From the NCBI GenBank assembly GCA_951406725.2, contig OX597814.1:57536001-57600000 (forward strand): a stretch of 64,000 nt of DNA, in the 5' to 3' direction. Positions 51,071 to 61,790 of this stretch are shown here, in pieces. Both the position numbers and the translations under genes were made by a program. The stretch comes from Octopus vulgaris (taxonomy: Eukaryota). The notes beneath the pieces are model-generated. The model did no database searches. It was not told where the DNA came from and saw nothing but the letters and a program-made list of their open reading frames with translations. Every line of letters begins with the position of its first letter. The stretch's first letter is position 1.

Positions 51071-52885
51071 TCATTCACTAGTGAATTTCATCACACACAA
51101 CATGGAGCAAATTTCGTCTTTACATTGGTAGAAGGGGAATATATAGAATTTGGGGTTTAAGTCTTTAGCACATGAGTCTAAGTGGTCACTCAGTGGAATT
51201 TGTCGGTATTCCGGGAGATTTATTTGTTCTTTATGCACCGTTACTCGTTTACGTAACGAGAGACTCGTTTGTCCAACATAATTATGTTGGCAACCAGCGC
51301 ATGTGAGAACGTAGATAAGGTTCTCGGAGGAACAGGAGAAGTTAGTCTTGATTTTAAACTTCGTACCTTGTTTGAAGGTAAATTCAGAGCCTTCAAGTAG
51401 AAAGGGGCAGGTACCACAGTTTGAGCGTGCACATTTTTTTACTGTTGGGGGTGGATGTGGTGTGTGAAGTTTGGCATTTGTCAAGAGTTTTTTTAAAGAT
51501 TTGTGTTGCCTTTTGCATTTGAGGATTTTGTGTGTATTTATAATGTTTTTCATTTTTGGGTCTGTTGACAGTAGACTGAGGTTTTGTATGATTGTGGTGT
51601 ATGCTTCGATATTTTTGGGGTTGTGGGTGGAAATGTATGGAAGTATTTTGAAGTTGTGTGTGGTGTTAGGTTGGGTGGTTTTCAGTGTAGTGTTGTCTAG
51701 TTCTTTGGCGCGTTTTATTCCATACTCTATAAGGGTGGAGGGATATTGACGTTGTAATAGTGTTTTTTTGAGGTCTTGAAGGCGTATTTCTCGTGTTTTT
51801 GGATCCGAGACAATGGTGCATACCCTTTTAGCTAAATTGAAAGGGATATTTGTCTTGGTGTGTTTTGGGTGGCATGAACTAAAGAGGAGGTATTGTTGTG
51901 AGTCTGTAGGTTTGTGGTAGATGTCTGTTATGATTTGGTTCTTAGGTGTTTTTATAATTAGGAGATCAAGGAATGGGAGATGATGTTTGCTTAATTCCAT
52001 AGTGAATTGGATGTTGGGATGTATGTTGTTTAGTATGGTTTGGAATTCCAGGAGTTTTTCATAAGGTTCTTTCCATATGATGAAACAATCATCTAAATAC
52101 CTTTTCCAGTTTTCCATTAGGTAGGTGTCGAAAACATGTCCAAATTTCTGGCTTGATATTTCATAGAGTGACAGTTCGAAGTAACCCATTATGAGGTTCG
52201 CAAGGACTGGTGCAGCCTTGGTACCCATCGCAATGCCACATTTTTGACGGTAGTGTGTGTCGTTGAAGAGAAAAAAATTGTTTGTCAGAATGAACTTAAG
52301 AGATTCTGTAATAAAAGACTTGTTAATGCGGTCAGGGAATGTCTCTGGGTGTTTTTCTAGCCAGAAGTCAATTGCCTCTATACCATACTCATGTGGAATG
52401 TTGGTGTAGAGGTTGATGACATCAAAGGATACCAGGAGTGCCTCCTCGTTAACTGTTTTCGGGAGGTGTTTGAGCATGTCCAGATCATCCCTAATGAAAC
52501 TTTTGATGTGGGTAAGGAAAGGTTTCAAAAGGATGTCTAGGAAGTTACTCAGGCGGTGTGTTTCACAGGAGGTACCAGCCACGATGGGCCTTAGTTTTAG
52601 GTCCTCCGGTGCTTTGATGTTGATGTGGATGTCAGTGGAGAGTTTGCAGGCTTCGGTGATGTATTTGTTTTTATGGATTTTAGGAAGGCCATAAAAAAGG
52701 CTGGGCTTGCATTTGAAAATGGTGATATAATCCCTTTCTTTTTCTGTGAGTCCCTGACCGTGTTGGCGTATGAGTGTGGTGAGGTTTCTGATTGTTTTTT
52801 GCTGTTTGTAGTTGTTAATAACCTCATAGAAAATGTTATTGTTAAGCATGGAGAACACTAGGTGTTTATAAAATTCCGTGTCCAT
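51071..52885 (-). CDS. Penelope-like element RT + GIY-YIG (Neptune-type), 5'-truncated and inverted
   Basis: FYGLPKIHK, RPIV, SFDVINLYTNIP, GIAMG, RYLDD, FLD, Cys linker CARSNCGTC and NLIYVLTC..C...YVGQT..R...H. The last ~14 aa are non-element sequence. Confidence 0.95.
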   Translation of the reverse strand: MDTEFYKHLVFSMLNNNIFYEVINNYKQQKTIRNLTTLIRQHGQGLTEKERDYITIFKCKPSLFYGLPKIHKNKYITEACKLSTDIHINIKAPEDLKLRPIVAGTSCETHRLSNFLDILLKPFLTHIKSFIRDDLDMLKHLPKTVNEEALLVSFDVINLYTNIPHEYGIEAIDFWLEKHPETFPDRINKSFITESLKFILTNNFFLFNDTHYRQKCGIAMGTKAAPVLANLIMGYFELSLYEISSQKFGHVFDTYLMENWKRYLDDCFIIWKEPYEKLLEFQTILNNIHPNIQFTMELSKHHLPFLDLLIIKTPKNQIITDIYHKPTDSQQYLLFSSCHPKHTKTNIPFNLAKRVCTIVSDPKTREIRLQDLKKTLLQRQYPSTLIEYGIKRAKELDNTTLKTTQPNTTHNFKILPYISTHNPKNIEAYTTIIQNLSLLSTDPKMKNIINTHKILKCKRQHKSLKKLLTNAKLHTPHPPPTVKKCARSNCGTCPFLLEGSEFTFKQGTKFKIKTNFSCSSENLIYVLTCAGCQHNYVGQTSLSLRKRVTVHKEQINLPEYRQIPLSDHLDSCAKDLNPKFYIFPFYQCKDEICSMLCVMKFTSE

Positions 52886-53126
52886 AAGGACACGGAATTT
52901 CTAAATGTTTATAAAAAACATTTCAGTACGGAATTAGCCGAAACAGACCGATCAGTATAGGTAATTCTCGACTGGTATTTTCGGGCGATTATAATCAGTA
53001 CATATGTATACAATTATGTGCTTTAATTATAGCATTAGAGATTTTTAGCACTTATTTCTAGCAACGTAAGTATTGTAACACCCTAGTCATATGGCACTCC
53101 CGCATTCTTCTTATCCTCCTCCTCCT

Positions 53127-54047
53127 CCACTTAGACTCATGTGCTAAAGACTTAAACCCCAAATTCTATATATTCCCCTTCTACCAATGTAAAGACGGGA
53201 TCACCACACAGGAGAGAATTAACAAGGAGAATCTCTTTATTGAAAAATTCCAAACACAACTTAATATGCAAACTCCTCGTTGATCAAACTTCCTTTCTCT
53301 ACCTCACTCTTCATGGATGGACTAACACAAATATATAAAGATACCATGCATTCATCACTTCAAGCTAAAACTTATATTCTTTAAATATCATTTTTACTAT
53401 TGTTGTTATTACTATCATTTTTATTATAAATGATATGACAATTTGAAATGCAATTGTCTATGCAGATTTATATTATTAGAAAATAATATAAATAAAGTGT
53501 TAAAATCTGAAAGTTAAGTTAACAAGCAATTATATAAAAAAGATAATGCAAATGAAGCTAAAATGATAGTTTTATAATTTGGGTTTTATTGAAGAACTCA
53601 AAAGAGTTGTCTCCCCTTACTCACAACACAGGAACTGAAGAACCAGGACCACAATTACTACTACTTCCTGTCCTGCAAACATGCTGAATTTAACAACACA
53701 ACACAACACATGCTCTTAATCCCTTTGGATCTTAACACCTCAAGGTAATTTTTTCGTAAACAACCATAAAACTCAAGATACACAACGAACTCACAATGTA
53801 TCGGAGAACTTATTTTTTAATTTTTGTACATTTTTATCATTATTCTTTTACAAAAAACAATGCAATTTTCTTTTTTTCCCCTTTCTAATTTTTAAAAAAA
53901 CTTCTTAAAACATAAATATTCTTGACAAGTCATACAATGACGAAAACCGGTTGAATAAATATATATTTTTATATATTTTATCAATTTCTCATTTTATTAA
54001 AATTTTCTTTCATTTGAGCATTCTGCATTTTTAAAAAAATTTTTCCT

Positions 54048-54050
<3 letters not shown>
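53127..54050 (+). mobile_element. True 3' end of the same Penelope-like element (GIY-YIG C-terminus plus 3' UTR)
   Basis: The first 71 nt are the reverse complement of 51115-51185. It continues ...YQCKDGITTQERINKENLFIEKFQTQLNMQTPR* (stop 53281-53283) and ends at (TA)n. Confidence 0.9.
53917..53957 (+). ncRNA. Minimal hammerhead motif with U3-A8 core in the PLE 3' UTR
   Basis: TATTC-TTGACAA-GTCA tacaa TGAC-GAAA-ACCGG-TT-GAATA. Confidence 0.72.
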
Positions 54051-54111
<61 letters not shown>

Positions 54112-54158
54112 AAAAACAGGCAAGGTAGAAAATGCTAAAAAAATTTTAAAAAACATTT

Positions 54159-54194
54159 CAGTACTGGTTTCATTCATTGAGACCTTTTCAACTG
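54159..54194 (-). ncRNA. Degenerate hammerhead motif with U3-A8 core
   Basis: Minus strand: CAG-TTGAAAA-GGTC tcaat GAAT-GAAA-CCAG-TA-CTG. Confidence 0.55.
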
Positions 54195-54708
54195 TTAGTA
54201 TGGAAAACAATTAAATTAAAAGAAAAAATTTTTTTAAAGAATATTTGCATAGTATTCAAATACAAGGAGCATTTTCCTTGTTTCTGCCTGTCTCTGTCTC
54301 TCTTGTTTATTCTCGTGGGTTCGAGGTCGTTGTGAATTATTGGCAGAGAAGAATAAGAAGAAGAAGGAGGAGGAAGTGGAGGAGGAAGTGGAGGAGGAGG
54401 AGGATAAGAAGAATGCGGGAGTGCCATATGACTAGGGTGTTACAATACTTACGTTGCTAGAAATAAGTGCTAAAAATCTCTAATGCTATAATTAAAGCAC
54501 ATAATTGTATACATATGTACTGATTATAATCGCCCGAAAATACCAGTCGAGAATTACCTATACTGATCGGTCTGTTTCGGCTAATTCCGTACTGAAATGT
54601 TTTTTATAAAATTATTTTATTATTTTCTACCTTGACTTTCTCCCTCCATATATAATAACTCGTGTGTTCCTTTTCAACCTTTTACACACACACAGACACA
54701 CAGACACA

Positions 54709-54757
<49 letters not shown>

Positions 54758-55539
54758 GGTGATCCAACATGGCCGCAGTCAAATGACTGAAACAAGTAAA
54801 AGAGTAAAATAATAAAAGAATATAAACACACACACTCGCTTCTGAAATTGTCTTTCAATATATTTCTATTACTACCTTTAATGTCAATAAAATAACATCA
54901 CAAATGACTATGATGAATTATCTATTTGACTATATCATTACCTAGGGTATTAGATTAGAACTGTGAAAATATTTTGGATAAATGTATTTTGACAGATGGG
55001 CAAACAGACAGACGCAAACGCGCATGACACGTACACACACTCTCTCTCTTTCGCTCCCTCAGCCTCCCACACATATAGATAGGAATCGATATAGATGACT
55101 GAAAAGATGAAATTCCTTTTAAAATTATTGATAAACTGTAATATCGATTTCAAATTTTAGCACAATGCCAGCAATTTCAAGGGAGGAGTTAAGTCGATTA
55201 TATGGACCCTAGCGCTCAACTGGTACTTGTTTTATTGACTCCGAAGGGATGAAAGGCAAAGTCGACCTCGGCCATGAGAAACAGTAATGAAGGTATCAAA
55301 TGTTGGCACAAGGCCAGCAATTTAGGGATTTCCGAATTCATATGAGTATCAATCAAGGCATTCGACATTTTAGAATACTGTAAAAATTTGATATAAATTA
55401 TATATTTGATACTTCGGACATTATTTATGGAATGACCTGATATATACGACAAGCTTCTTTCAGTTGTCGTCTACCAAATCCTCTCTATTATACTTGCCCA
55501 GGTTGCCACGTAGTGAGACTGATATATATATATATATAT

Positions 55540-56605
55540 AAACAATGATAGATCATTTAATGATACGTTTTTTTGAGAGATAAGTAAACTTTTTTATTTA
55601 AGAAATATTATTGTAGTCTATATAACTATTGATTGTTAAATATGAATTTATAATTTTTTCATTTGTTAATGATAATTTAGATATGTACATTTATTTAATT
55701 AGTTTATAATTAATATATCTGAATTTTAAGATATTAATTAGTCACTTTGCGATCTAGATCGTAAAAATGTTTTTAATAATAGTAATAAGTATTTTATAAA
55801 GATAGGTTATACGTTTTTAATTTGGAATTTTTCAATTCTTAAATTGTATTTCATACATGTTTTCTAAAGATATCTATGTAACTAATAATGGACTAATTTA
55901 TTCATTGGTTATATGTTTATATGTTTATTGATAGAAAAAATATAGATTTTTAATTACTATTTTTGTTGATTATAAATTAGATATTTATTTTTATGTATTT
56001 ATTATTTTATTTGCGAAATAAAATCTAAAAATATTAATAGTAATTGTTTTGTTAAATAGTTTGGTAATTAGATATCGGAGTCTAACTAGGTAACAGATAT
56101 TTTATAGTTTATTAATGTTTTTTAAGCTAAATTATATCTTCGCAGATAAATATATTTTTCTATCTATTTACTCTATTTTTTTACCTTAAATATTTAACAT
56201 AATAAATGTATTGTAGGAAACTGATCCTAATGTTTTAAGTTTCAAATTAAGTTAAATATTTTTAAACTCTATTTGTTATTATTCTTAACCTGAAGATTGA
56301 CAATAATTTTAAATTGAATTCATTTTAATTAAATTAAAATTTAATTGTAATTCGAATTTAATCATAGCCATGAAAGGTGCGTTGTTTTTTTACTTATACT
56401 TTTTTATACATTTTGTGATCTAGTTATATGTTTTATAAAAATATATTTTATTTGTTATTTATGTTTTGGTTTATGTCTATCATTGTTTGAATTGCATAAT
56501 AGTGGCTTTATCTCTAATTTATATTTTATATATTTATACTGTGAAATTTGATTTAATACTAAATTGAATTTTCCCTGTAAGTTTGGAGTTATACTCCCTA
56601 ATATT
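55540..56605 (+). mobile_element. Very AT-rich element between (TA)n tracts, probable PLE 3' UTR/pLTR
   Basis: The last ~150 bp is homologous to the reverse complement of 16850-17000; degenerate hammerhead AAC-CTGAAGA-...-GAAA-GGTGCG-TT-GTT at 56287-56386. Confidence 0.55.
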
Positions 56606-56634
56606 ATATATATATATATGTATATATCTCTTAT

Positions 56635-57031
56635 ACTCTTATACTCTTATACTTGTTTCAGTCATTTGACTGCGGCCATGCTGGAGCACCGTCTTTAATC
56701 GAGCAACTCGACCCCGGGACTTTTGTAAGCCCAGTACTTATTCTATTGGTCTCTTTTGCCGAATCGCTAAGTAACGGGGACATAAACACATCAGCATCGG
56801 TTGTCAAGCAAGGCTAGGGGGACAACCACAGACACATAAACACACACACGCATATATATATACATATATACGACGGGCTTCTTTCAGTTTCCGTCTACCA
56901 AATCCACTCACAAGGCTTTGGTCGGCCCGAGGCTACAGTAGAAGACACTTGCCCAAGGTGCCACGCAGTGGGACTGAACCCTGAACCATGTGGTTGGTAA
57001 ACAAGCTACTTACCACACAGCTACTCCTGCG

Positions 57032-57033
<2 letters not shown>
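56635..57033 (-). mobile_element. Full-length tRNA-derived SINE (second family)
   Basis: Minus strand GGCGCAGGAGTAGCTGTGTGGTAAG...GGTTCAGTCCC..GGCACCTTGGGCAAG...CCAGCATGGCCGCAGTCAAATGACTGAAACAAGT with a (ATAAGAGT)n tail. Fragments at ~11430-11525, 12290-12700, 23455-23580 and 28775-28910. Confidence 0.85.
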
Positions 57034-57079
<46 letters not shown>

Positions 57080-57113
57080 CGCAGGAGTAGCTGTGTGTAA
57101 GTAGATATATATA

Positions 57114-57149
<36 letters not shown>

Positions 57150-57609
57150 TGTATGTATGTATGTATGTATGTATGTATGTGTGTGTGTATGTATATGGTA
57201 TGAAAATGTGAGTTGAATTTACAATGGAATTGGAAACGAATTCCAAGAATAATAGATTTTGTAAAAAACTTCATAGTGGAAAAATAACTCGAGAATGTAT
57301 ATGTAGATGTGCTAAAGCTGCATAATTGCTTTAAATTCATTGGGAAAAAAGCGTTGAAGTTGATGGTAAAATTAATTTCACAATGATTCTAAAAGGATTT
57401 TAAAAACAAATATTTTCATTTATTCGTCCATCTGCTTAGATTCCCTCTATCTGCTTAATTAATTATGTATGTATGTATGTACGAATGTGTGTATGTATGT
57501 TTGTGTGTGCGTGTGCGTGAGCGTCCATGCATGCATATGTGTATGTATGTATGTATGTATGTATGTATGTATGTATGTATGTATGTATGTATGTATGTAT
57601 GTATGCATG

Positions 57610-57671
<62 letters not shown>

Positions 57672-60600
57672 ATCAGTTGCTGTCATGGCTGTATATTTAC
57701 ATATGTCTGGCAATGTTTCCCTGTATGTGAATGTTTGTACCAATGTGCCACGAAAATCTATGCATCATATGTGTATGTTTTTATTAAACGAAAACCGAAA
57801 GAAACTCGCTTTTAAGCACATACGCGTACATGCAAACATATGAACATATACATAGATCTGTAAATATCGACATATTTCTCCTCTCACTGGAACTTGCCGT
57901 TATAAATTTTTGAAGAGGATATATTACAGGAACTGCATCATTAAAAATTAAAAAATCTAATTAAATTAAGCAATGTCACACTGGGAGGATGGACAACTGT
58001 TGCAGCGCAATGCAATCTACTGTTCACTCCGCTTCATAATCTCGCACACTCATACACACGTACAAAGCCAAACATACGCATGCAGACACGCAAGAAAACG
58101 AAAGAAAGTAAGCAACACTTTATTATTTTATTTATATATATAAAGATAGCTGTTATTTTGTTACTGGAAATAGTTTTTGTTTACTTGTTAGAGAGCTAGG
58201 TGGTCATAATCGCCTAATTGGTGCTTTGTTTCATTATTTCCCTAATAATAACTTCACGAAGTGTCGTTGTTAATTATAAAATTCATCAGCTGACTCGACT
58301 ACAGTATTGGCGAGAAAGTGAAAAAAATGAGGTCAATGTTGTTTATTAGCATGCTTCTCTCGAACGATGGATAAAATGCCTTGTATTCAATTACGCCCAT
58401 TTTTTTTTTACATTGCGTGTTCTGACAATGCTAGAGTCTATATAACTTTTATTCTTATGTACTGAGGCTGATTTGATTGGCTACAACGCTTCCCTATACC
58501 TATGTAATATTTTATTAGTGTAAAAAACCTATATTAGTATTCTATTTACGAATATTAAGATGACAAACTGCGAGAATCTTTAGCAGCATTTTGTCCGTCT
58601 TTATGACCTGAGTTCAAATTCCGCCAAGTCGACTTTGCCTTTCATCGTTTCGGGGTCGAACACTGTGGACGATGTAATTAACCAGTCCCCTTCCCCCAAA
58701 TTTTTTCCCTTGTGCCCATAGAAGAAAGGACATCTACGAATATTCATACCGCATCTTTGAATAAAATAAGTCAGTAGGTACTATCGATAAGTCGTCGGAT
58801 TCTTAGATGAAGAGTAGCAGTTCCTTTTCCGTCGTAACGTAGGGTAAAAGGTCAAGATTCTTGACTTTCGAATAATAAACACAGATAATTTTTACATATA
58901 AACAGCGTGAGCCTTGTATAAAGTGTTAGACTTAATTCATCTCCCGGGATTATACGACTACTCGACCCTTGTATACTTATAGCTATGCCTATTCTGTAGT
59001 AGTGTTCAATTCAATTTAAGGTATCAATGACTGTAGGAGAGGGATTTTTTTCTCCTGAAGTGATCTCCAACAATGCATATATTTGTCTCGACATGAAGAA
59101 TTGGAAGAATTCATTTTTACCTGACCATATTATTGGCTATCAAAACTAGTCTTCCTTGCGGCAAATCCAAGTTGAAGTACTTGGTTTGAAGAACATCAAT
59201 CTATCATGAGATAGAAGGTCATCTTTTCAATTCCTACACAGGAATAGATCTACGGATTGGTTACATTTACGTTTAACTGCCATGACTATTTTAAGGGGTT
59301 AATTAAAGAAAGCATTATGTACTGCAGTTTCGTTATTTTGAGAATGCCAGAATGTAGTCATTATTTTAAACTTCTTGCGGGTTTATGAACACAATCAATT
59401 ATGTAATGATTTCGTGGTTAGGCATACGACAAACAGGTTTGAAGGAAATGTGTAAATCGATTACGTCGAATTCAGTAGTTGATTGTTATTTTGTTATTCA
59501 ACGACCAAAGAAGGATGAAAGGCAAAGTTGCCATTGAACTCAGAAATAAAGAACTGAAACAAAATACTGCCAGGTATTTTCCCCGATGTTGTAACAATTT
59601 TTCTAATCCACCGTTCTATGTAACATGATTTGATAATAGTAGGTTCAAAATTCCACCAAGGTCGACTTTGCCTTTTATCCTTCTGGAGTAGATAGAAAAA
59701 GTACCGGCTGAATACTGGAGTCGAAGTAATCACCTTATCTCGTACCATGAAATTTGCGGGGCTTGTGCCAAAATTTGAAACTGGTATTAGTGGGTTCAAG
59801 GCGGCGAATAGACAGAATCGTTAGCACGCCGGACAAAATCTTTAGCAGCGTTTCGTCTGTCTTTACATTCTGAGTTCAAATTCTACCGAGGTCGATTTTT
59901 GCCTTTTATCCTTACGGGGTCGACAAAATAAGTACCATTTAAGCACTGGAGTCGATGTAATCGACTTAGCTCCTCCCCAAAATTTTATCTGAATCACTAA
60001 TAAATCATATCATGAGATGACCACATAGAAGCAGTATAAGTGATTAGTTAAGAACTTCGTTTCATAGCAAGGTCCTGCGTTCGATGACCCTGTGTGGTAT
60101 CATGATCCAGATTTTTTTCTTATATCCTCAAGTCTACTTGTATTTTGTAAGAGAAACTGCGTAGAAAAGTATGTCGAAGTCCGGCTGTTGAATTGTATCT
60201 AAAATTGATATGTCCCTTCTTGCTATATGCTGAGTCACACTCAGTCTCTTTGAAGATAACTGGTACTTATTTAATCGCCCCCAAAAAGATGAAGGACAAA
60301 GTTAACCATCACGGAATTCGAACTCAGAACGTAGAGACGGACGAAATGTCGCAGAGCATCTTACCCGGCGTGCTAACGTTTCGACTAGCTCGCCGCCTAA
60401 AATCCTGTTTTTATAGTAAGCAATCTAGATATATGAAGAAACGTTAGATTCCAGGAGTTGAAATAACTGGATTTTATATTATCAAAACATCGTTAAATTT
60501 CTAAGTATCATGCTGTCTACAGCTTCGTTTGGCAACTTTTATGTACCAACTCTCATTCAGATGATACATGAACCTATGCTCATTTGAAGAAAATTTTTGT

Positions 60601-60837
60601 GGAAAAAGACCAGATATAACAGCATTATATAGATTGTATAATATACACAAGGGTAGTCGAGATACAACTAGCATTTGTGTTTCGTGAGATTGAATTGCAT
60701 ATGAATATTTCTCTGTACTACATCCGAAGATGTTCTACCGTGCTATTCCTACATGCCTTCTTTTCACTTATTGTTATTCTAAATATTATATCCAAGCTCT
60801 GTTAGATCTGAACTACGGCAGTATTCTTCATAAAAGT

Positions 60838-60890
<53 letters not shown>

Positions 60891-60913
60891 GCTGCTGTTG
60901 CTACTGTTGCTCC

Positions 60914-60995
<82 letters not shown>

Positions 60996-61022
60996 TACTG
61001 TTGCTCCCTACTCCTACTACTC

Positions 61023-61093
<71 letters not shown>
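60838..61093. repeat. Compound (TAC)n/(TGC)n microsatellite with a duplicated GCTGTTGCTACTGTTGCTCCC interruption
   Basis: Direct read. Confidence 0.95.
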
Positions 61094-61419
61094 GACACCT
61101 ATATTAAAAATAGGAAAATTAATTGTTTGTATTATCGGAAAATTGTAAGACTTCATATATCTACTATATAAAAATTAAAACAGAAACCATTCTCGTCTTC
61201 ATGTCTACTCTGTGATTGATTGTGAAGCACCATACCTATTTCAAATATAGACATTCTACTGGTAAAGTAGTTTGTCAAGTGGCACAAGTTTATCAACTGA
61301 TACACTTACTGTCTATTCTAATGAAATCAATAATATAATTTTCTCTCATATTTTCTCACACTTCTGAAAATTTATTTGCCATTGTTCCTCTAGTATACAA
61401 GGCAAAGGATACTCATAAT

Positions 61420-61790
61420 GTTTGCCAGTTGAGTTGTGGATATCTTAACTTTAAGAGGAGAGAACAAAGCTCAGTATCTATTTAAAGTGAATTTCGATGC
61501 TGATAAGAACAATGGCTAATATTCTCTTGCTAGGTTTCGCTGCTTATTTTGTCATGTTTGTATGAACCAGCAATGATAGAGAAATGTAACTCATTGCCTA
61601 TCCTGTGATACCGAAGGCATATTTCAAAGGTATTTGTGTACCATATATGAGACACATTTCCAATTATTTTCAACTAGTAGAATAGCTTAGGTCTTATGAA
61701 AGGAAAACTTTATATTATTCAGATCGTATGAAACAATGGCTGACTAAAAGTCTGAAAACGAGCGTGGGTGTTTAGGCCAAACTGACGAAA
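61420..61790 (+). pseudogene. Possible very old RTE-type RT remnant
   Basis: NNG.LTKSLKTSVGV at ~61732-61772 resembles NGxLTxxFxTxxGVRQG; little else is recognisable. Confidence 0.3.

Larger units (their letters stand above)
52908..54610. repeat. 225-bp inverted repeat (52908-53132 / 54386-54610)
   Basis: Arms read as exact reverse complements by eye. Confidence 0.93.

Noticed and set aside
47904-52861. Antisense and alternative-frame ORFs over the LINE and PLE
   Set aside because: Shadow ORFs of the real RT/endonuclease frames.
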